A stretch of DNA of 64,000 nucleotides from Thermoanaerobaculia bacterium (lineage in GTDB: Bacteria > Acidobacteriota > Thermoanaerobaculia > Multivoradales > Multivoraceae): assembly GCA_022822365.1 (NCBI GenBank), contig JAJEBV010000008.1:169524-233523 (forward strand), written 5' to 3'. Of the stretch, positions 54,487 to 64,000 are shown in pieces. The position numbers and the translations under genes are program-made. The notes beneath the pieces were generated by a model that was given only the letters and a program-made list of their open reading frames with translations, was not told the origin of the DNA and searched no databases. The first letter of the stretch is position 1. Each line of letters starts with the position of its first letter.

Positions 54487-55610
54487 CTACCGCCGGAGGT
54501 TCTGCTCCAGAAAGCGCGTCATCATCCGCTCGATGAACGCGGCGTCGTCGATCTCCAGCGCGACCGTCGACGCCGGCTCGGCCCCGGGTTCGAACAGGGT
54601 CATGCTGCGCTCGTCGACGGTGACGCGGCCATGTTCGAGGCCGAACAGGTCGGGCCACAGCAGGTAGCCGACGGCGACGGCGTCGAAGAGGCGCGGCGTG
54701 GTCTGGTTCCGCCCCTCGTTCCGCCACAGGGAGTAGAGCGCGGTGACCGCGTCGGTCAGCGGCGTGCCGCGCATGTGCAGGTGGAGTCGCCGGTCGGCGT
54801 CGAGGCGGACGTGATCCGTCACGTCGAGCGGGATGTAGACCACGTCCGTGCCTCCGGCCTGCACCGCAGCGTCGAAGATGCGCGACGAGGCGGCGTCCGC
54901 GAGGACGTTCCACTCGCGCTGCGGGTCGCCGCCGTCGTAGCCCGAGCGGATGGAGCCGTACATCGAGACGACCCGCTTCGCGTTCTTCAGCACGTCCGGG
55001 TCGAGTTCCAGCGCGTCGGCGATGTTCGTCACCGGGCCGACGGTGAGCAGCGTGATCTCGCCTGGACTGGCTGCCAGGGTCTCGACGATGAACTCGGCCG
55101 CCGGCTGCGCCCGCGGCTGCACCTCGTCGAAACCGCGCGCCCAGTGGAACTGCCGGTTGTACGGCGCCTCGGCGAACTGCTCGTGGGGGTTGCCGTCACG
55201 CAGCGTGACCAGGGGCGTCTCTCGGCCGACGTGGACGGGGACGTCATCGAACCCCGTCTCCCAGAGCATGCGGAGCGCCAGGGGCGCGCGGTCCGGCGTG
55301 CGCGCATGACCGACGGTGATGCCGACAAGCTCGATCTCGGGGCTCGCGAGAAGCAGAGCCAGAGCGTAGGCGTCGTCGATGTCCGAGCCGATGTCGCAGT
55401 CGAAGAGGACCTTCTGGGGCTCGGCTGGGGTGGGTTGCGCGGCAGCGGGCGCCATGGAAACGAGGAGGGCGAGGAGGAGAAGAGCCGGAGCCGGCCAGAG
55501 GCCGGCGCGTTCTTGACGCCGCCTTCGGCGGCAGCGGGTCAGAAGACCCGCGCACCCAGTGGCCAACGCCGCAACAAGTTGCCTCCCGAGACCGTCCGTT
55601 TCCTTCGTCA
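54487..55610 (-). CDS. inosine-uridine-preferring nucleoside hydrolase family protein, secreted
   Basis: Start ATG at 55610 (MVMTKET...) with the SD GGAGAGGAG upstream. Signal h-region LLLLALLVSMAPAAA. IUNH aspartate cluster DCDIGSDIDDAYAL. The N-region encodes a copy of the 43-nt double-hairpin repeat. Confidence 0.75.
55517..55559. repeat. 43-nt double-hairpin repeat, copy C (inside the 5' coding region of the nucleoside hydrolase gene)
   Basis: Identical to copy B. Its reverse complement is in frame with the hydrolase ORF and encodes GCAGLLTRCRRRRRQERAG in the signal-peptide n-region. Confidence 0.7.
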
Positions 55611-55672
55611 TCACCATGCTCCTCTCCTCGCTTCCATGCCTTTCGACGCCGAGGGCGTAGTATTCCGCGTTC

Positions 55673-56596
55673 ATGCCCGACTCGCGACTCCGACGGTTCG
55701 TTCGCGATCCCCTGTTCGTGTTCCTGGTGATCGGGGTCGGGGTGTTCGCGCTCGACCGCATGGCCGGCGGGGTCTTCGACGCGGAAGGCCGAACGATCGT
55801 CGTCAACCGGGCGCAGGTGATCCGTCTGGCCGATCTCTGGAGCGCGCAGATCGGCCGGCTGCCGACCGTGGCGGAACTCGACTCCCTGGTTGACGACCAC
55901 GTCCGGGAGGAGATCCTGGTGCGAGAGGCGGCCCGCATGGGTCTCGACCAGGACGACACGATCGTCCGCCGGCGCCTGGCCCAGAAGATGTCCTTCCTGA
56001 TCGAGGACACGGCGGTCGCGGACGCGGTGCCGGACGCCGAGCTTGAGCAGTACTTCGAGGAGAACGCGGAGCGCTACGGGGAACCGCGGCGCTTCACGCT
56101 CCGCCACGTCTACGTCAGCCCCGATCGCCGCGGCAGCGACGAGGAAGCGGCCAGGGCGGCTTCCGACATTCTCGATCAGCTCCGCGCCGAGGGCAACGAC
56201 GCCGCCCCCGAGAACACGCTCTGGCGGCGACTCGGTGATCCCTTCATGCTGCGCCGCGAGTACGGACGCCGCACCGCCGAGGACCTGGCCGAACTGTTCG
56301 GCGGCGCCTTCGTCGACGGACTGGAGACACTGCCGATCGGCGAGTGGGCGGGACCGGTCGAGTCCGCCTACGGCTACCACGTCGTTCGGCTCTCCGTCCG
56401 CACGGAAGCGCAGCCGGCGGTGCTCGAGGACGTGCGCCGGCGCGTGCTGGACGACGCCCAGCGCGACGCTCGCGACGCCGCGAACCGGGCCGCGCACGAG
56501 CAACTGCGCGAGCGCTACCGGATCGTGGTCGAGGAGATCGACTTCCTCTCCGAACTGGAAGGCGGCGGCGTGGGCGAGGCCGGAGCCGAGCCCTGA
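55673..56596 (+). CDS. parvulin-type peptidyl-prolyl cis-trans isomerase (SurA/PpiD-like), membrane-anchored
   Basis: 307 aa. N-terminal TM. Parvulin core FGGAFVDGLETLPIGEWAGPVESAYGYHVVRL. Confidence 0.6.
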   Translation: MPDSRLRRFVRDPLFVFLVIGVGVFALDRMAGGVFDAEGRTIVVNRAQVIRLADLWSAQIGRLPTVAELDSLVDDHVREEILVREAARMGLDQDDTIVRRRLAQKMSFLIEDTAVADAVPDAELEQYFEENAERYGEPRRFTLRHVYVSPDRRGSDEEAARAASDILDQLRAEGNDAAPENTLWRRLGDPFMLRREYGRRTAEDLAELFGGAFVDGLETLPIGEWAGPVESAYGYHVVRLSVRTEAQPAVLEDVRRRVLDDAQRDARDAANRAAHEQLRERYRIVVEEIDFLSELEGGGVGEAGAEP

Positions 56597-56599
56597 GCC

Positions 56600-57618
56600 G
56601 CCCCCTCGGCCACCTGCTCCCGGCGGTAGCGACTCTCGCCGGGTTGTTCGTAGCGGCGATCCCCGCGGAGGCCCACGAGGTCCGCCCCGGCTACTTCGAA
56701 CTGAACGAGTCGGAGCCCGGAACCTTCGAGGTCTTCTGGAAGCAGCCGCGCCGCGGCGCGCTCCTGCTCGTGCTCGATCCGTTACTGCCCGAACACTGCA
56801 CCGAGACCGCCCGGCACCCGCCTGAGCACCTGGCCGGCGCCCTGGTCGAACGCTGGACCGTGGAGTGCGAGGCGGCGGACGGCGACCCGGACCGCATGTT
56901 CCACGGCGAGACCTTCGGCATCGACGGTCTGGAACGCACCCTGACGGACGTCCTGCTCCGGATCAGCTTCGCCAACGGCGACAGCCTCACCCAGTTGCTC
57001 CGGCCGGAAGAGCCCTCGGTCACCGTGGACCGGGAGGCCGCCGGCAACGCCTGGCCCTACTTCCGACTCGGCGTCGAGCACCTGGTGTTCGGCTTCGACC
57101 ACATCCTGTTCGTCATCGGCCTGCTCTTCTACGTCCGCGACCCCTGGCGCCTGGTCGGCGTGATCACGTCGTTCACTCTCGCCCACAGCATCACGCTGGC
57201 TCTTTCGTCCCTGGACGTGGTCAAGCTCTCACCCGCGCCGGTCGAGGCGGTGATCGCCCTGTCCATCCTGTTCCTGGCGGTCGAACTGCTGCGTCCCGAG
57301 GATCAGCGATCGCCGATCACGACGAAGAGCCCGTGGCTCATCGCCTTCGCCTTCGGCCTGCTGCACGGCTTCGGCTTCGCCGGCGCCCTGGCCGAGATCG
57401 GCCTGCCGCAACGGGCGATCGCGATGGCGCTCTTCCTGTTCAACGTGGGCGTCGAGGTCGGGCAGCTCCTCGTCGTCGCGGTGGTGCTTTCCCTGCTGGC
57501 CCTGGTCAAGCGAGTCGGCATCGTCGTGCCGGAGCTCATCGTGCGGGCGCCGATCTACGCCACCGGGATCATCGCGGCGTTCTGGTTCGTGGAGCGGATG
57601 GGCCGGATCGTCGTCTAG
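56600..57618 (+). CDS. HupE/UreJ-family metal-transport membrane protein
   Basis: The start codon is uncertain (no ATG near; possible TTG). Predicted mature N-terminal His after AEA. HupE motifs VFGFDHILFVIG and GLLHGFGFAGAL. Six TM helices. Confidence 0.6.
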
Positions 57619-57675
57619 AACCGGGCGCTAAGATGACGCTTCCGTCAACACCGCAGCGACAGTGAAGGGAGCCCC

Positions 57676-59247
57676 ATGGCGAAGGCAGGCGACGACGACC
57701 GGAAGGGCGACAACGGCAAGCCGAAGGGCCTCATCAACCGCTTCCTGACCGCCATCGAGGTCGTCGGCAACAAGCTGCCGGACCCGGCGATCCTGTTCCT
57801 GCTGCTGCTGTTCCTGACCTGGATCGCTTCGGCGCTGCTGGCGCCGGTCCAGCTCGCGGACATCCACCCGGTCACCGGCGAACCGGTCCGCATCCAGAAC
57901 CAGCTCACCGGCGAGGCACTGGCGACGTTCATGGCGCGGCTGGTGACGACGTTCACCGGGTTCGCTCCGCTGGGCGTGGTGCTCGTCGCGCTGCTCGGCG
58001 TCGGCGTGGCGGAGAAGACGGGATTCATCAACACGGGCCTGCGGCTGATCCTCGGCTTCACGCCGAAGAGTCTGCTGACCCCGATGCTGATCCTCGCGTC
58101 GATCGTCAGCCACACGGCGGCGGACGCCGGTTACGTCCTCGTCATCCCGCTAGGCGGGGTCATCTTCTATGCCGCCGGACGGCATCCGCTCGCGGGCATC
58201 GCGGCCGCCTTCGCCGGCGTGTCGGGCGGCTTCTCGGCCAACTTCATCCCCTCGGGCATCGATCCGCTACTGCAGGGCTTCACCCAGTCCGCGGCCCAGA
58301 TCCTCGATCCCGAAGTCCTGGTCAACCCGCTCTGCAACTGGCTCTTCACGAGTCTGTCCTCGGTCCTCATCGTCGGCGTCGGCTGGTACCTGACGGATCG
58401 CGTCATCGAACCACGGCTGCGCAGCACGGAGATCGACGGCGATCCGGAGGACATGCCGACGATGGAGCAACCGAGCCGCCGAGACCGCCTCGGCTTCCTC
58501 GCCGGCACGGGTTCCATCGTCCTCGGCCTGGTCGTCCTCTTCGCCTGGGCGTGGCCGGCGTCGTCGGCACTGCGCAGCCCGGACGGAGAGCTCACCGCCT
58601 TCACGGCGCCGCTGATGCAGATGATGGTGCCGCTCATCTTCGTCTTCTTCCTGATCCCGGGCGTCGTCCACGGCTACGTCGCCGGCACAGTGAAGACGCA
58701 CCGGGACATCGTCGACGGCATGAGCGACGCGATGCGCACGATGGCCTACTACCTGGTGATGGCCTTCTTCGCCGCCCAGTTCATCGCCGCCTTCAGCAGC
58801 TCGAACGTCGGCCTGCTGATCGCGTTGAAGGGCGCGAACTTCCTCCGCGACCTCGGGCTGCCGGCGCAGGCGACCGTGGTCGGCATCATCCTGCTGTCGG
58901 CGGTCGTCAACCTGTTCGTCGGCTCGGCCTCCGCCAAGTGGGCGGTGCTCTCCGTCATCTTCGTGCCGATGTTGATGGACCTCGGCATCTCGCCCGAACT
59001 GACGCAGGCCGCCTACCGCGTCGGCGACAGCGTGACGAACATCGTCACGCCGCTCATGCCCTACTTCCCGCTGGTCGTCGTGTTCTGCCAGCGCTACACG
59101 AAGAACGCCGGCATCGGCACCGTCCTGTCGCTGATGATCCCGTACGCCGTCACGCTGCTCATCACCTGGACGATCTTCCTGATCGGCTACTGGCTGCTGG
59201 GCATCCCGCTCGGCCTCCAGGCGGGCTACACGTATCCCGCGGCCTGA
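57676..59247 (+). CDS. AbgT-family transporter (p-aminobenzoyl-glutamate/MtrF-like)
   Basis: 523 aa polytopic protein. AbgT N-terminal region INRFLTAIEVVGNKLPDP. Confidence 0.85.
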   Translation: MAKAGDDDRKGDNGKPKGLINRFLTAIEVVGNKLPDPAILFLLLLFLTWIASALLAPVQLADIHPVTGEPVRIQNQLTGEALATFMARLVTTFTGFAPLGVVLVALLGVGVAEKTGFINTGLRLILGFTPKSLLTPMLILASIVSHTAADAGYVLVIPLGGVIFYAAGRHPLAGIAAAFAGVSGGFSANFIPSGIDPLLQGFTQSAAQILDPEVLVNPLCNWLFTSLSSVLIVGVGWYLTDRVIEPRLRSTEIDGDPEDMPTMEQPSRRDRLGFLAGTGSIVLGLVVLFAWAWPASSALRSPDGELTAFTAPLMQMMVPLIFVFFLIPGVVHGYVAGTVKTHRDIVDGMSDAMRTMAYYLVMAFFAAQFIAAFSSSNVGLLIALKGANFLRDLGLPAQATVVGIILLSAVVNLFVGSASAKWAVLSVIFVPMLMDLGISPELTQAAYRVGDSVTNIVTPLMPYFPLVVVFCQRYTKNAGIGTVLSLMIPYAVTLLITWTIFLIGYWLLGIPLGLQAGYTYPAA

Positions 59248-59254
59248 TCGCGCA

Positions 59255-59752
59255 ATGAAGACACCGTCGACACTCCCGGCGCTGGCCCTGTTTCTCCTGC
59301 TGGCCACCGCGTTCGCGCCGGCCGCCGGAGCGCAGCCGACCCGGCCCGTCTACCCGGTCTACGAGGGCTACGTGCCGAACGACGACGGCACCGCGGTCCT
59401 CGTCTTCGGCTACTTCAACCACAACTCGGTCGCGGTCGAGATCCCTGCGGGAGAAGAGAACGGCTTCGATCCCGGACCGGCCGATCGCGGCCAGCCGACC
59501 GTTTTCGAACCGGGCCGCCAGCGCAACGTCTGCCTGATCGTCCTGCCGGCCGACCACGAGGGCAACCTGCGCTGGTCGGTTACGGTGGCCGGGAACACGC
59601 AGAGGACGACGGAACGGGGCGGAATCGATACGCTCTACCTGATCGAGAACATCTCCATGGCCTACCGTCTGGCAAGGCGCGTCGACACCGCCACCGCCGA
59701 GCGCGGCGTCTGCGTCGAGCCGGAGCCGGCCACGACCGGGAGCGAACGATGA
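59255..59752 (+). CDS. secreted hypothetical protein
   Basis: 165 aa with a signal peptide LALFLLLATAFAPAAGA. Overlaps the next gene's start. Confidence 0.45.
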   Translation: MKTPSTLPALALFLLLATAFAPAAGAQPTRPVYPVYEGYVPNDDGTAVLVFGYFNHNSVAVEIPAGEENGFDPGPADRGQPTVFEPGRQRNVCLIVLPADHEGNLRWSVTVAGNTQRTTERGGIDTLYLIENISMAYRLARRVDTATAERGVCVEPEPATTGSER

Positions 59753-61119
59753 AGAACGCACTCCCCCTGTTGACTCCGGCAGCGATCCTGGCACTCGCGT
59801 TCCTTGCCGCTCCGGCTGCCCCGCCGGCCGCAGCGGCCGACGCGGACACGCCGACGTTCAGCCGCGACATCGCGCCGATCTTCCAGCGCTCGTGCCAGCG
59901 CTGCCACCGGCCCGAGACCGCCGCGCCGATGTCTCTGATCACCTACGAGCAGATCCGGCCCTGGGCACGGTCCATCCAGCGCCGCGTCGAGTCCCGGCAG
60001 ATGCCGCCCTGGCACATCGACCGGACGATCGGCGTCTACGAGCCGGACCCGAGCCTCAGCGACGAGGAGATCGCCCTGGTGACGGCCTGGGTCGATGGCG
60101 GCGCTCCGCGCGGCAACCCCGCCGACCTGCCGCCGTCGATCGAGTGGCCGGACGGCGACGCCTGGGAGTACGGCGAGCCCGACCTCGTTGTCGAGATGCA
60201 GGAGGACATGGTGGTGCCGGCCGAGGGCCCCGACCTGTTCGTCAACTTCATCGCGGACACGGGTCTCACCGAAGATCGCTACATCCGCTGGATCGAGGTC
60301 AAGCCGAGCAAGGCCGGCAGGCCGACCGTCCACCACACGATGGTCTATGCCATCCAGGACGACGCGGAGTACGTCGGCGAGGACTTCTTCGAGCGCGACG
60401 ACGACCCGAACCGTCGCGACGCCGACGGCAACCCGGTCGGCTCGCTCCTCATCGAGTACGCGGTCGGCAACACCGGCGACATCTACGCCGAGAACACCGG
60501 CAAGCTGCTGATGGCCGGCGCCAAAATCCGTTTCAGCGGCCACTACCACTCGCTCGGCGAGGAGATCCGCGACCGCCAGCGGGTCGGCTTCGGCTTCTAC
60601 CCCAAGGGCGTCGTGCCGAAGCACCGGATCGTCTCCACCCGGCTCTTCGCCGGCCTGCCAAGCAACCGCGGCTGGCGCAACAACGAGCTCTCCATCCCGC
60701 CCGGCGCCGACAACGTCCGCCACGACGGCTACCGCGTCCTCGACCGGCCGATCCAGTTGATCAGCTTCCAGGCCCACATGCACTACCGCGGCAAGGGGAT
60801 GGAACTCGAGGCGATCCATCCCGACGGCCGCCGCGAACTGCTGACCCGGATTCAGAACTACGACTTCAACTGGCAGATCGCCTATCCCTACAAGCACCCG
60901 CCGGTTTTCCCCGCCGGCACTGTCCTGCACGTGACCTCCTACCACGACAACTCGGAGAACAACCCCTACAACCCCGACCCGACCGCCTGGGTCGGCTGGG
61001 GCAACCGCACCGTCGACGACATGGCGATCGGCTGGACGAACTTCGTGTTCCTGTCGGAAGAGGACTACGAGGAGCACACGGCGGCCGGCGCCGCGACGGG
61101 GGCCGGCGCGGGCGACTAG
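59749..61119 (+). CDS. c-type cytochrome domain protein (PSCyt1/planctomycete cytochrome C-like N-terminus)
   Basis: Signal peptide. FSRDIAPIFQRSCQRCH contains a CxxCH haem-binding motif in the PSCyt1 arrangement. Confidence 0.55.
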   Translation: MKNALPLLTPAAILALAFLAAPAAPPAAAADADTPTFSRDIAPIFQRSCQRCHRPETAAPMSLITYEQIRPWARSIQRRVESRQMPPWHIDRTIGVYEPDPSLSDEEIALVTAWVDGGAPRGNPADLPPSIEWPDGDAWEYGEPDLVVEMQEDMVVPAEGPDLFVNFIADTGLTEDRYIRWIEVKPSKAGRPTVHHTMVYAIQDDAEYVGEDFFERDDDPNRRDADGNPVGSLLIEYAVGNTGDIYAENTGKLLMAGAKIRFSGHYHSLGEEIRDRQRVGFGFYPKGVVPKHRIVSTRLFAGLPSNRGWRNNELSIPPGADNVRHDGYRVLDRPIQLISFQAHMHYRGKGMELEAIHPDGRRELLTRIQNYDFNWQIAYPYKHPPVFPAGTVLHVTSYHDNSENNPYNPDPTAWVGWGNRTVDDMAIGWTNFVFLSEEDYEEHTAAGAATGAGAGD

Positions 61120-61223
61120 GCAAGGCCACCCGAGCCGCTACCCTGAACCCGCACGCCCGGTATCCGGCCCGCTTATCTCTCACCAAGAGACGCTGAACTG
61201 CCGCCGTCTCGCTGCCGCCGGCG

Positions 61224-61988
61224 CTACTTCCAGGTCACCGCCATGGCGAAGAAGTGGTCGAAGACTTCCCGGTTGGGGTGGTTCGCGTCGTTGTTCTCGG
61301 GACTGCGGATGTAGAAGTCGAGTTGCTGGGCAGCGGGGTTCACTGCTCCCGCGGGGCCTTCGGCCGGCTCGAGCTGCACCTGGAGCGTTTCTCGGTCGCG
61401 CATTCCCTGCGTCACCATGAAGTGGATCTGATACTCGCTGTACAGCTCCTCGCCGTCCAGCGTGGCGCGGCCGTAGCCCCAGCCGGCGATGTACAGCAAG
61501 CTCTTGGGCCAGTTCGAGTCGCCGCAGCCGGCATCGCCGTGTTCGAACAGGTAGGCCGCGATGCCGCCGTCCTGGCACGGCGAGAACTCGTGGAAGCGGT
61601 CGAGTTCGACGACGTAGTCGCCTTCCGAAAGCTGCAACTCGGCCCGGAAGGTCCCCGTGTTCGCGATCTCGTCGACGTCGATCAGGATCTCCCCTGCGAC
61701 CGGCGCCACGTTGCTCGCGTCGTCGCCCATGTGGTCCCAGGGCGACTCGTCGTCCAGCCGGCCGACCTGGTGCACGTCGCTGCCCACGATGACGAAGCGG
61801 CCGTCGTACAACTCGTGCTGCTCCGGCTCGTAGAGGCCCATGCCGGTGCCCGGCTGGTTGCGGGCGGTGACCGGCGCCGGCTCGGGCTCGGACTCGGCGG
61901 TCCCGTCGCCGATGCGTACGGCACAGCCGGCCAGCAGCAGAAGCATGGCCACGGACAACGTCATGCTCGATCGGTACACCCTCATCAC
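61224..61988 (-). CDS. putative lipoprotein, hypothetical
   Basis: 254 aa. Lipobox LLLLAGC near the N-terminus. Confidence 0.5.
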   Translation of the reverse strand: MMRVYRSSMTLSVAMLLLLAGCAVRIGDGTAESEPEPAPVTARNQPGTGMGLYEPEQHELYDGRFVIVGSDVHQVGRLDDESPWDHMGDDASNVAPVAGEILIDVDEIANTGTFRAELQLSEGDYVVELDRFHEFSPCQDGGIAAYLFEHGDAGCGDSNWPKSLLYIAGWGYGRATLDGEELYSEYQIHFMVTQGMRDRETLQVQLEPAEGPAGAVNPAAQQLDFYIRSPENNDANHPNREVFDHFFAMAVTWK

Positions 61989-62060
61989 TCCACCTCCTCC
62001 GAACCACTATAGCCACGCGACAAGGCGTGGGAAGTCGTCGGCGGGGGCTAGAATGCCCTC

Positions 62061-62375
62061 GTGCTGGACATCCTCTCCGACGTGGACCGCTGGCGCGCGG
62101 ACGGCCAACGCGTGGCCGTCGCCACCGTGATTCGCACCGTCGGCTCATCGCCCCGGCCCCTCGGCTCGAAGATGGCCGTGTCCGGCGACGGCGGCATCGC
62201 CGGTTCGGTCAGCGGCGGCTGCATCGAGGGCGCGGTGATCGAGGAGGCGCAGTCGGTGCTCGAGGACGGTCGCCCCAAGCGGCTCAGCTACGGCATCTCG
62301 GACGAGCTTGCGTGGTCCGTCGGCCTGACCTGCGGCGGCGAGGTCGAGGTGCTGGTCGAACGCATCGACGGCTGA
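62061..62375 (+). CDS. XdhC/CoxI-family N-terminal domain protein
   Basis: 104 aa. WRADGQRVAVATVIRTVGSSPR...GSVSGGCIEG matches the XdhC_CoxI domain. Confidence 0.6.
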   Translation: MLDILSDVDRWRADGQRVAVATVIRTVGSSPRPLGSKMAVSGDGGIAGSVSGGCIEGAVIEEAQSVLEDGRPKRLSYGISDELAWSVGLTCGGEVEVLVERIDG

Positions 62376-62391
62376 GGTCGGGGACCTGCCC

Positions 62392-63115
62392 GATGGGTTT
62401 CGATTCCCTCCGCCGGTCCCTGCTCGCGGGCGAGCGGGTGGTCGCCTTCACCCGCGCCGACGGTGACGAACTCGGGGCGCGCATGCTCGTGTGGCCGGAC
62501 GGCCGAACAGAAGGCACCCTCCGCGAGCAGGAACTCGACGGAACGGCCCTGGCCATCGCCTCGGCGGAGACCCTGCCGGCCACGGGTCTGCGCGAGATCG
62601 AGGGCGTCGAGGTGTTCGTCGAGACCTTCGAGCCGCTGCCCCAGTTGTTCGTCGTCGGCGCCGTCCACGTCGCGATCCACCTCGTCCACTTCGCGCGGCA
62701 GCTCGGCTTTCGCACCGTCGTCGTCGACGCCCGCTCGGCCTTTGCCACCGCCGAGCGCTTCCCCCACGCCGACGAGCTCGTCGTCGAGTGGCCGGCGGAC
62801 TACCTGGCCCGCGTGCCGCTCCACGCCAACACCTACTGCGTCTTCCTCACGCACGACGAGAAGCTGGACAACCCGGCGCTCCAGGTCGCTCTCGAGGCCG
62901 GGGTCCGCTACGTCGGCGCCCTGGGCTCCTCGCGAACGCACGCGAAGCGGGTCGCGGCGCTTCGCGAAGGCGGCCTGGGGCAGGAGCTGATTGACCGGAT
63001 CCACGCGCCGATCGGCCTCGACCTCGGCGGCCGCAGGCCCGAGGAGATCGCGATGGCGATCGCCGCCGAACTCGTCGCGGTGCGCAACGGCAGGCAGGCT
63101 GCCGGCAAGGGATGA
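62392..63115 (+). CDS. XdhC Rossmann-like C-terminal domain protein
   Basis: ATG 17 nt after the previous stop but in a different frame. VGAVHVAIHLVHFARQLGFRTVVVD...HDEKLDNPALQVAL...ALGSSRT matches the XdhC C-domain. Confidence 0.7.
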
Positions 63116-63723
63116 CCGGCCCCGTCTCCGGCGTCGTCCTCGCCGCCGGGCTCTCGACCCGGTTCGAAACCAGCCCGGACAAGCCGAAGCAGCTCTACCG
63201 GATCGGCGGCGAGAGCCTGGTCCGCCGAACCTGCCGGGCGGCGCTTGCGTCCGCTCTCGGGGAGGTGATTCTCGTCACCGGCCACGCGGCCGAGAGTGTG
63301 CGGTCGGAGGTCGCCGACCTCGACCTGCGGGCGGTCCACAACCCGTCCTACGCCGACGGCCAGAGCGCATCGGTGCGTTGCGGCCTGGCCGCCGTCGGGG
63401 ACGACGTCGAGGGCACCATGTTCCTGCCGATCGACCAACCCGGTCTCGACGCGGCCGTCATCGACCGGCTGCTCGGTGCGTTCGACGGCCCCGACTCGAT
63501 CGTCGTGCCGACGTTCCGGGGGCGCCGCGGCGCCCCGGTCACCTTCGGCCGCGCCTGGTTTGCCCACCTGGACGGCCTCCGAGGCGACGAGGGCGCGCGT
63601 CCCCTGCTCCGCGAACTGGCCGCTCACGTCGAGGAACTGGAACTCGACTCGGAACTGCCGCTGGTCGACATCGACACGGAGCCCGAGGCCCGGTCGTGGA
63701 ACGAAAGGCACGGCACGCCGTGA
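63112..63723 (+). CDS. mocA: molybdenum cofactor cytidylyltransferase (MocA-like NTP transferase)
   Basis: 203 aa. GVVLAAGLSTRF N-terminal nucleotide-binding motif. Downstream of xdhC. Confidence 0.7.
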   Translation: MTGPVSGVVLAAGLSTRFETSPDKPKQLYRIGGESLVRRTCRAALASALGEVILVTGHAAESVRSEVADLDLRAVHNPSYADGQSASVRCGLAAVGDDVEGTMFLPIDQPGLDAAVIDRLLGAFDGPDSIVVPTFRGRRGAPVTFGRAWFAHLDGLRGDEGARPLLRELAAHVEELELDSELPLVDIDTEPEARSWNERHGTP

Positions 63724-64000
63724 CGCCGCTCGACCGACCCCTGCGGCTGGTGCCGCGCGTCCGGAACTACGACTGGGGCACGCTCGACTTCATCCCCTGT
63801 CTCTGCGGCCGCGAACCCACCGGCAGTCCGGAAGCCGAGCTCTGGTTCGGGGGCCACCCGGACGCACCGGCCGATGTCGTCCTCGGGTCCGGCGAAGCCG
63901 GCTCGATTCCTCTTGACCGATTGATCGCGGAGCGGCGGGTCGACGTGCTCGGCCGCGGCGCCGACCTCCCCTTCCTGACCAAGATCCTCTCCGCCGGCAG
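63720..64000 (+). CDS. manA: mannose-6-phosphate isomerase class I, 5' portion (runs off the window)
   Basis: N-terminus VRNYDWGT...ELWFGGHPDAP matches the ManA N-terminal signature (NYAWG...ELWMGAHP). Confidence 0.6.
   Translation, partial: MTPLDRPLRLVPRVRNYDWGTLDFIPCLCGREPTGSPEAELWFGGHPDAPADVVLGSGEAGSIPLDRLIAERRVDVLGRGADLPFLTKILSAG

Noticed and set aside
53743-55893. 716-aa plus-strand ORF
   Set aside because: It is antisense to the nucleoside hydrolase gene. It contains both copies of the 43-nt repeat translated as FLTPPSAAAGQKTRAPSG, which is an artefact.
1-64000. CRISPR arrays, tRNA, rRNA, integrase or transposase genes
   Set aside because: No regularly spaced direct repeats with spacers, no cloverleaf-like or rRNA-like segments and no recombinase or transposase motifs were seen. 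The 12-mer cluster at 12.2 kb has irregular, short spacing and is not CRISPR-like.

Overview
This is a high-GC (~70%) bacterial window. Housekeeping flanks sit at 1-12.2 kb (tandem GAPDH genes, GlcF-like oxidoreductase, malate synthase, tricorn protease, PQQ-propeller protein, GT2 glycosyltransferase) and 41.7-64 kb (tandem sulfatase, Fic, two ABC exporters, DUF4212/SSS transporter, MoxR/VWA, FGE, nucleoside hydrolase, parvulin, HupE/UreJ, AbgT, PSCyt1 cytochrome, XdhC/MocA, partial ManA). Between them is a ~29 kb defence island (about 12.2-41.8 kb). I found no integrase, transposase, tRNA or rRNA in the window. The island contains: (1) a class-1 DISARM-like set (SNF2 helicase DrmD-like, 1779-aa N6-adenine methyltransferase with NPPW) whose DrmA/DrmB-like partner lies 11.3 kb away; (2) that partner, a 2037-aa fusion of DEAH helicase, Zn ribbons, DUF1998, a DUF559-like endonuclease and a C-terminal LexA-type S24 autopeptidase; (3) a type III CBASS-like operon (Trip13-like AAA+, two small HORMA-sized proteins, CD-NTase) with no effector in the operon; (4) a ubiquitin-like conjugation operon (multiubiquitin, Cys-less E2 fold, JAB-E1 fusion) translationally coupled to an ABC-type ATPase and a PIN-like protein; and (5) smaller accessory genes (DUF4143 ATPase, DUF2442, XRE regulator, membrane protein, PD-(D/E)xK protein, DUF433/DUF5615 pair). 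Three short repeat families occur. One is an AT-rich 12-mer whose core 11-mer marks the upstream regions of two island genes. One is a 43-nt double-hairpin element present three times. One is a ~65-nt element present once intergenically and once in-frame inside the methyltransferase. Many long ORFs in the supplied track are antisense artefacts of high GC and were not annotated.
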